64,000 nucleotides of DNA from Octopus vulgaris (taxonomy: Eukaryota). The notes beneath the pieces are model-generated. The model saw only the letters and a list, made by a program, of their open reading frames with translations, was not told where the DNA came from and ran no database searches. Numbering within the stretch: the stretch's first letter is position 1; the number at the start of each line of letters is the position of its first letter. The stretch is from contig OX597823.1 of NCBI GenBank assembly GCA_951406725.2, forward strand, positions 58,776,001 to 58,840,000, read 5' to 3'. The position numbers and the translations under genes are program-made. Positions 55,300 to 64,000 of the stretch are shown here, piece by piece.

Positions 55300-56162
55300 G
55301 CATACTCATATATATATATGTACTCACACACACACTCGCAAACACATATACTTCACACATACACACACATACTCACACGTTGCATATACACACCATAACA
55401 CTCATACAGTCTCACAAACACACTACATACTACAGAAATGTACGAAGCGCACATACACAGATATCATCAATATCATTACTATTCATGTTTAATTCCTCTT
55501 AAGAGACCGTAGCAGTAATTAAGTTTAAGTACTTTTACATTTGTGCTGCCCCTTGTTTATTCATGTTACTACGTCGTTTTTTCACTTTTTTTTAATGTTT
55601 ACTACTGAGTTTTTTGCTGGTGTTGTTGTTGGTAATTGGGATGTTATTTTGCTTCTTTTTGCTCTCTCTCTCTCTCTCTCTTTTTCTCTCTCTCTCTGTC
55701 TCTCTCTGCTTTTTTCTTTCTTATTCCCCTGCATATTTTATGACAATACTTTCCCAGTTGTAAAGTAGCTGCTAGATTGTCTATTCTAATGAAACACAAT
55801 GAAACAAAATAAAGCAAATAAATAGATATAAATAAATGAATAATAATAATAAAAAAAAAATAATAATGATAATAAAAATAACTGCTGTTATTATTCTTTT
55901 AAATTATTTATTGTTATTTCATTCTTCGTTTTACTTTTTTTTAAGCATTAAACATTAAAACTCAGGTGAAAAAATATTTTTAGCAAAACCAGGAAAAAAA
56001 TATAACGATGAACATTTTTATAATATTTACTTTGCGATTTTGTTTAATTAATTAATTAATTATTTTTGTTAGTGTATTTATTTTATTTTACTGTTTTATT
56101 TATGCGAATAATGCATTTGTATCAGTGTGATATGAATGCGTTTACGTGAGTGAGGATTTATC

Positions 56163-56194
<32 letters not shown>

Positions 56195-56469
56195 TGTATG
56201 TATGTATGTATGTATGTATTTCTGATACGTGTGTCTGCGGATGTGTGCATAAAATCTGCTTGAATGGCTCATCGTCACATCATATGATACAACGTAATGG
56301 TAGTTTAATGTACACCTGGATTTAGTGGTGTTCTGATAATGCATTCATAGAAAGTCGATGGAATTTCAAGAGAAAACTTGATACATGTTATAAGGAATGT
56401 AGTTCTCACTAGAGTAAAAGTCCAGTATTCCGCTACATGATGAAGATGATGATGATGAAAATAATAGTA

Positions 56470-56708
56470 ATAATCTTTTCTACTATAGGCACGAGACCTG
56501 AAATTTGTGGTCGAGGGATAGTCGATTACATCAACCCCCAGCACTCAGCTAGTACTTATAATAATAAGTACCAGGCGATATAATGACCCCGAAAGTATGA
56601 TAGGCAAAGTCGACACTGGCAGAATTAGAGCTCAGAAGATGAAGGCAGATGAAATGCCACTAGACATTTCGTCAGGTGTGCCAACAATTCTGCCAGCTTG
56701 CCGCCTTG
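56470..56708 (-). mobile_element. SINE family A
   Basis: Reverse complement of the family A consensus, ending GCCAGCTTGCCGCCTT. Confidence 0.8.
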
Positions 56709-56709
56709 A

Positions 56710-56744
<35 letters not shown>

Positions 56745-56809
56745 AATAATAATAATAAAAATAACAACAACAACAACAACAACAACAACAATAATAATAA
56801 TAATAATAA

Positions 56810-58020
56810 TTCCAGGATCGTAAATAAAGAGGAAGAAAAACAAAATTTGAAATAGGAAGAACTTGGAGCATGCGAACAGTAAAGGCTGTGCTATATATTA
56901 ATTGGTGCGTTGGGAACAGTAAGCTAAAATATAGACAAATAGCTGAAGGAGATTAGAATAGAATTCCAGGTAGAGTTCCTACAGAAAGTTTGTCTTTTAG
57001 GCACAACAAGGATTATCAGGCGGGTTCTAAACACTTGAAAGACTACTGAAAACTTGTGGATACCCAAGGTTACAGGTAGTAACCTGTTATCCACATAAAT
57101 CCTACTAGAATAAAACCGAACGTGAGTTAAACCAAGATAATAATGGAGATGTTAGCACTTTATTATGTGCAAATCAAGAGTACAAATCAAGACATGACAG
57201 AGTTGGCCAATATCTACATTGGATAATGGGTCGGCATTATAAAATCAAAACTGATGATAAATGGTACAAGCACCACCCTGTAACTGAGGGAGAAAATGTA
57301 ACTATTCTTTGGGACTTCCAGAATGTACAGACTAGACCATCAAAGCAAATAAACTAGGTATTGTTGTGAAACACCAAGACAATACTCTGTGACCATAATA
57401 TCTCGGCAAAAGAAATTGATAAGCACAGAAAATATAAAGATTTGCTGATCGAAATTGAAAACATTTGGCATCTCAAGACAGTGATTGTAGAAGCACTTGG
57501 AATGATCAAAACAGGAACTGAAAATTATCTAAGAATGATCCCTGGCTTATCATCCATGCAGAAAGTGCAAAATATTGTCTTCACTGGTAGGTCACCCGTA
57601 TTGAAAAGAGCATTGTCGCTGTGGATTTTCTTTCTTTTTTCTCCCTTATTTTCTTTGTTTACACTTATTTTTTATTTTTTCCTTTTTCTCTGTCTTTTTC
57701 CTCCTTTTCTCTATTACATCACTTTGTAAATGAACTATCGGGTGGCCTACCAATCTTAATGACTTACCAATGTATACAGTACGTTTCTCTGCCCTAGGAT
57801 CTAACCACAGAGCAGAGGAGGATGTTGAAGACCAAGACAAACATGATTCTGAAGTAAAAGATGCACTTGGCACAATCAAAATGCTACTAAGAATAGCAAA
57901 AGATATTGGAATTGAAACTCGCATTGTCGAATTACAGAAGACCACCATTCTATATTCTACAAGTATCCTAAGAAGAATTCTTGAGATTTGAGGATATTTA
58001 TTGTTACCAAACCTGCTAAC
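56810..58020 (+). mobile_element. Stack of three Dong-like 3' ends (56810-57135, 57175-57800, 57860-58020)
   Basis: IGALGTVS..LQKVCLLGTTRIIRRVL*; SRHDRVGQYLHW..EIENIWHLK (same subfamily as the 13189 ORF); ALGTI..LQKTTILYSTSILRRIL. Confidence 0.75.
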
Positions 58021-58049
58021 TAAATTAACATTCACGAGCGTAATAATAG

Positions 58050-58367
58050 TAATGAATGACCATGGGATTACACCTAGAAAGTTCCTCTCCGAGGCACAAG
58101 TCCGAGCAAGGTTGTTTATGGAAGACCAGTAATCGCTCATGTATGTGAGCCTTCCCTCTCCACGCCATCAATGATATCCAAAGGAAAAACAAAGGCCGAT
58201 ACAACTTGGCACCAGTGACGCCACTTCTCATCTCTGCAGATGAGTGAACTGGAGCAACGTGAAAATAAATTGTCTTGCTCAAGAACACAACACACAACCT
58301 GGTCAAGAAATCGAATCCATTACCTCATGATTGTAAGTCTGACGCTCTAACCACTGAGACATGTGCT
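58050..58367 (-). mobile_element. SINE family C
   Basis: Homologous to 40405-40737. Confidence 0.85.
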
Positions 58368-59257
58368 TTTTTTTTTTTGGTATATGTACAAGGCCAATAA
58401 TTTCTAGGTGAAAACATTTGTTGATTGTATCGACCCTGTTGCTCGACAGGTATTTCATTTTTCAGGAGGAATGAAATGCAAAGCTGGCTTCGGAGACATT
58501 TCGACTCAAACGTATGAACAGGAAAGAAAGATAATTGCTAGCCGACTATCACTCTAACGATTGTGACAATTTGCAAGAATATCAGCAATAACAACAAAGA
58601 TCACAGCAATAACGCTAATAATTTCCTCAGAATTACTCATAGAAGAATATGAAAAACAAAGCCAACAACATTGAAAATAAACATGCATAACATTAGCGAT
58701 AACATCAACAAAAAAATGATGTTGTAAAAAAATAGTGGTGCAGATACTATAGAAATATAACATAACAAAAGAGACAAATACCCGAAATCAAAGAAGCACC
58801 TGAAATAACTGATCTTCGCTATATCGCAAGATTCCTGTCACTTTGAATATAAATAGATAATTCTTTGAAACAAACAAACAAGTTGTATCTATCAAAATGA
58901 TTTAAGACAAATTTACTAGAAATCAATGTAGCACTAACTGTAAGCAAAAGTAGAATAATTCTAGGGAAAAGAAAAGATAGCGAAGGAAATCACCGCGAGT
59001 GAGATTGTTTAAAAAAGCGAATATAATATTTAAGCAATCTTAGGGAGGTCAAAAAATAGTTGTAGAGAAAAAGTTGCTACAAACCACAAACGACCAGAAT
59101 CCACGGGGAAAGCAGTATCTCAAACTTGTAGTTACAAAACGTGACTGAGACACATGAGCTGCAAATAGTTCTTAAAATATTATATTGACCTGATAAATTT
59201 ATACTGAAAATGTTGGCTTTCAATAGGTTTTCTCCAGAGTGAGCCAACTGCTTAGAA

Positions 59258-59530
59258 AGCGTGTGGCTCAGTAGTTTGGGTGCTCCACTCATGACCGTAA
59301 GATTTCGGTTTCGATTCTCAAACACTGGACAAAGCGTTGTGGTTTTGAGTAAATACTTCATTTCTCATTGATCCAGTCCACTAAGTTGTAAATGTAATTA
59401 GCTCGAAAGTTAACCGCTCGATAGTTTGGTGATACGAGTATTGTAATTTCAGATACGAGTATTGCAATCTTAGTTACTTATGCACCATGGAAACCGAGTT
59501 GAGCCCAGGTCCTATGAGTTCTAGAGCTCA
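59258..59530 (+). mobile_element. SINE family C, diverged
   Basis: GCGTGTGGCTCAGTAG..GGTTTCGATTC..TACTTCATTTC. Confidence 0.65.
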
Positions 59531-59689
59531 CGACTGACTTAAAAATCAACTGAAACTCTGTATTAAAGAAATGCTAATTTCTGAAATTTAGAAGTGCATA
59601 ATTTGCTTTTTGCAACTCACAAAACCCCCAACTGCAATAATAACGTAAAAGCTAAGCACAAGAGTAAATGCGAAGCTGCAAAGGTCTGT

Positions 59690-60620
59690 GTCTGTAATGG
59701 TCAATTCTTTCTCAGCAAAACCATAAGCATATAATGTAGCAGGAAATAGATGGATCTAGGCATTGCACGGATTGAATATCTGATGAATTTTAATATTGTT
59801 TTCTACGTGTGGATCCTATAAATGTTATCCATGCGAGTCACTAATAAGCAGGTAGCTTAAACACACCATGAATAGGATGTCAAACAATTTTGGAGATACA
59901 GACAAAGGAGAGAATTAATCCAACTTTATTTAAACTAATTCCATCAAGAGAGGATTCCAAGAGGTTCCCTCTTTTTACTTTTCTATCTAGGATTCGCACT
60001 TTTAAAAAGTTAAGCCAAAATGAACACGGATACAAATATGATACGAGGACAACCAACCATCTTTTGTTTATGAGAAGATTTCAAATTGCGCACTGTAGTT
60101 GATAAACAACTTAACGCATTAATGCAGGCAGTAGTGATGTTATAGAGGAACTGATATGAAATACGAATAAGAATGTGGTAAGGCGCATTGGAGAGATGAA
60201 AATTAAGAGCATCAATATCATGTTAAATAAAGAAACAAAAATAAGTGAATTCGACCAAACACAAACTTGCAATTACTTAGAAATCAATGAATTAGACAGA
60301 GTACAATAGACAAACACATCAAAGAAAAGGTTAAGAACAAATATCAAAGACGCATAACTTAATATTTAAAACAGAGCTAAATGCAAGAAATAAAAAAAAA
60401 AGAGAAATAGTGTTATGTGCATCAATAATCGAGCTATCTGAGTAATAAGTTACAATTATAATATTCTCAGCTGGTCGCTAAATGAATTTGTAAGTCTAGA
60501 CAGAAAAAAGAAAGAAATAATAATGACCGTATTTAGAATACACCATCTAAAATCTGACATAGAAATACTGCATTCCAACAAATACAAACCATTAGAAGCC
60601 TTATGCAACTAGAAATTTAT
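59690..60620 (+). mobile_element. Highly decayed Dong-like RT fragment
   Basis: GYKY..NHLLFM, NYLEINE, LKTELNARNK, VISYNYNILSW, LDRK, HHLKSDIE, collinear with the 13189-14484 protein. Confidence 0.65.
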
Positions 60621-61275
60621 TGTTTTCACTTGACTTTGTTTTCACTTGACTTGCATTGCGAACTTGATAAAATTCTAGGTCTACCCTCTTTACATACGGT
60701 TTGTCTTTCGTATATATTTTAGACTTACTGGAACCATTCTCATTCCTGGACTGACCACAGTCATTTTCTATCGGAAGGGAGTAAGAGAACACTAGCCCCC
60801 ATCGTACATGAGTTTTATAAATTATTGATCACCAGGCGATTTCACAGATAATTTGCATATATTGATGTCACGTGTGTGCTTATACAGACACACAAGCACA
60901 CACACACACACACACACCTATATATGTATGTATGTGTGTGTGCATATGTATGTATATATGTAGGTGTGAGTGTGAGTGTGTGAGTTTGTGTGTGTGTATG
61001 CATGTATCGATGTATATGTATGCATGTGTGTGTATGTGTGTATGTAGAGTTATGTTGAAAACGTTTCGTATGCACTTGGACGTAAGATCTTCCGCCTCAG
61101 AGATATTCCACGGAGAAAATTCTCCTCTTAGACGTGTGAAAACACAAGAAAGGGCTGTGAATGAAGCCATCGGATCATAGGATGCATGCGTGTCTTAGTC
61201 GTTTCAGTTTGTGCATATATATATATACAAATACATACATATATACATACATACATACATACATACATACATACA

Positions 61276-61334
<59 letters not shown>

Positions 61335-61462
61335 CGGGAAGCTTTATGAAAATAGACAAAAGACGAAGGCAGGTTTACGGAAATAAACAAAAGACGAAGG
61401 CAGGTGGAATACAAACAAACAATTGTATTAGTATGGCGCTCAGGAAATATAAATAAAACAAG

Positions 61463-61500
61463 TCTTTAACGTTTCGAGCCTACGCTCTTCAACAGAAAGA
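61463..61500 (-). ncRNA. Minimal type I hammerhead-like motif in a Penelope-like fragment (61333-61720)
   Basis: Minus strand: UCUUU CUGUUGA A GAGC GUAG GCUC GAAAC GUU AAAGA. Stem I is UCUUU/AAAGA, stem II is 4 bp, stem III is the palindromic AACGUU, and the core A6 is replaced by U. Confidence 0.55.
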
Positions 61501-61824
61501 TACACAGAGAAAAGTGTGTGTATGAGAAGAGTGTGTGTGTGTGTATGAGAGAGTATTAGTGCGTATGAGAGGTCTGGACGTGTGTATGTATATATGATGT
61601 GATGTGTAAAGTCGTATGGTGTAGTGTAGAGAGAGGAGATGAGGGAAGAGGGGGGAGGTAAGGGGGGAGAGGGGAGGGGGAGGGGGAGAAAGAAAAGGGA
61701 GAAGAGGGGACACATACATACGCACTAGCACACACACACACACGTACACACACACAACATATTGCGAGCTAAGGATACCCTAAATTATCGACTGACTCGA
61801 TAGAAAATATCTATCTTTTAAAAC

Positions 61825-62020
61825 TTTCATACAAGCCTAGTAATTCTGAAGGCGTGGAAGTTGATTACGTCAACTCCAGTGCTCAGCGGTATTTATTTTA
61901 CCAACCTCGATAGGATGAAAAGCAAAGTCGACCTCCGCCAATTTTGAACTCACAATGTAAAGTTGAAAAAAGTGCCTCAAAGCATTTTATGCCAAGGATT
62001 CTGCCAGCTTGAGGCATTTT
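61825..62020 (-). mobile_element. SINE family A, diverged
   Basis: GGATGAAAAGCAAAGTCGACCTC..TTTGAACTCA. Confidence 0.7.
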
Positions 62021-62115
62021 GTGCTAAGGAATATGTCAGCTCCCTGACTTTACTTTGCTAGATAAAGTGGCAAAAACCAACTTTAAATTTCATTTCACAT
62101 TCTTAAAAGCGAATA

Positions 62116-62511
62116 TCTTTATATATAAAAGAGAGGTTGTGTGCTGTCTGTCTCCTACGATTTAGATTCCTAACTACTCCCACATTTTGCGGTGCAGTTT
62201 AACCAAAACCGGGTATCTTATAGTCGTGATTCATATCGAGCCCTTCTGGGTATTAGCGCGCGTCTACGATGAGTCTACGATCAAAAAAAAAAAATTACCA
62301 TAAATTTTTCCCATTTTTAATGCATTTTTGGCATATATAAGGGAAGTAACTCTCTAAAAAATTATTATTAAATCTCAGAACGTAAAAAGCTACAGTAACA
62401 CCCCCCTTTGTGGTTAGCCATATTGTGATGGCTATTATACTTTACATCTCTAAAAATGCTTATATAGTTATTTCCCTTACAAACCCGAGCAACGCCGGGC
62501 AATACTGCTAG
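62116..62511 (+). mobile_element. Non-autonomous Helitron
   Basis: 5' TC(TTTATATATAAAA), 3' hairpin CCCGAGCAACGCCGGG (62484-62499), terminal CTAG, inserted between A and T, no TSD. Confidence 0.85.
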
Positions 62512-64000
62512 TATTTAATAACGTACTTCGAGGTACGTATGCCTAAAAAACCCGGATGAGCAAACCAATATCATGCTGTTTATCGAAGAGCCATCGAATC
62601 AATACTGTTAGGATGTTTCATTCAAGATTGTTCTTTCGATTTCCAGACCGATCGTTGCGTTCCTTTCTTGAGCAAAACACTTCATTTCAAATTATTTCGG
62701 GGTCGTAAGATAAGTATCAGTGGAGTACTGGGATCGATATAATCAGATACCTGGGAGTTTTGTCTTCTTTTTTTTTTTTCATATATGTGGTGACAGCTTG
62801 ACGACCAATATGAATAGAGACAGTATAATCAGGTTTGAGCATCTTTTCTGTTGCTTCTTGCAGAAGAGATACGTTACTAACATGGTCTGAACTGAAAGAT
62901 GAGATGTTCGAAAACGTTCGTTGCCATTTCTCGCAACAAACATCCTTTGGTGCTTGTGGTCAGAGCTATTACTATGGCAGCATGTTTGAATAATCCTACA
63001 GCTAGAAAGGTGTATTCACATTTACTAGTGCGGGCGCGCGCGCGCGCGCGCGTGTGTGTGTGTATGTGTGTGTGTGTCTATGTGTGTGCTTATGCACATA
63101 AGAAAAATATATAAACATATATCTAGTTTTTCTGTTTAACAGTCTATCAATTATATGATTTCTCCTCAACTTTCGTATATATCATACGTCCGTGTGTATT
63201 CTATTTCCTCTTGTTTATCTTACATTTTTGTACAATACATATAATCCGCTTAATTCTTTATCATTATCATCTATCTATCAATCAATCAATCTATCTATCT
63301 ATCTATCTATCTTTCTATCTATCAATCTATCTATCTATCTATCGAATAATATCGCAATTTTTTTTTGCTTGTGTCCGTCTCATTACAGCCACACGGATAC
63401 CACACACATGCATATCATATAATCACATGACTCCACACATACGCGGGTACATAGCTACATAAATACACTTTCTTTCACCCATCTCTCTCTCTCTTTCTTT
63501 TCCCTTGTCTCTTGTTCTGCATATGTAAAAATTACAGAAATCTCAAGTTTTACTGAATAATTAGATCTGAATTTCGGTTGATCTTATCAATCGAATTTCT
63601 AACCTGATTTTAATTCTCGAATTAGTGCTAAACAATTTAATTACTGCAGTAACTTTCTATTTACACGTAATTTCTCATTTGATTTTAAATTGAAGTTTAT
63701 TTATACCTGAGTTCTCTAAATAACAATGAAAAGGTGTATATAGATAATCAAATAAAATTAGTTCTCGAAAACGAAAAGAACAAAAGTTAATATTTATAAA
63801 TTACTAAACAAATCCTCTTTCGGTGAAAATAATGGCTTTTCTCTACTAATTGCCTATATAATCTCAGTTAAGCGAAGATTTTCACTTCAATACATAAAAT
63901 ATGAGACCCCACGCTTCCCTGAGGAATTTTGTTTCAGACATACTGTTACTATTCATTCTAATCCTCATATGAGTTCAGAATATATAATATTGTAAAATAA

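Noticed and set aside
61055-61105. Additional hammerhead (minus strand CTGAGGC...CGAAACGTT)
   Set aside because: No convincing stem I or stem II.
63030-63075. (CG)n(TG)n Z-DNA-forming tract as a regulatory element
   Set aside because: Ordinary microsatellite variant with no associated promoter evidence.

Overview
AT-rich, microsatellite-saturated eukaryotic (animal) non-coding DNA. Its SINE families and repeat landscape resemble those of octopus/cephalopod genomes; this is inference, not verified. No host protein-coding gene is recognisable, and nearly all ORFs in the track are microsatellite artefacts. Real content: three tRNA-derived SINE families (about 30 copies, some nested or tandem); many R4/Dong-like RLE non-LTR retrotransposon pieces sitting in (TAA)n arrays, including one intact 431-aa 3' ORF and one full-length but RT-deleted copy; RTE and L1/Tx1 LINE fragments; MITEs with Tc1/mariner-, hAT-, Merlin- and MULE-like ends; and a non-autonomous Helitron. 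The most interesting signals are small Penelope-like fragments in (TA)n tracts that carry hammerhead-ribozyme-like motifs, including a 194-bp palindrome with a hammerhead core on each strand and a perfect 146-bp palindrome. A few weak + strand micro-exon candidates suggest the window may be intronic. Repeat boundaries were read by eye and are approximate unless a TSD or TIR is quoted.
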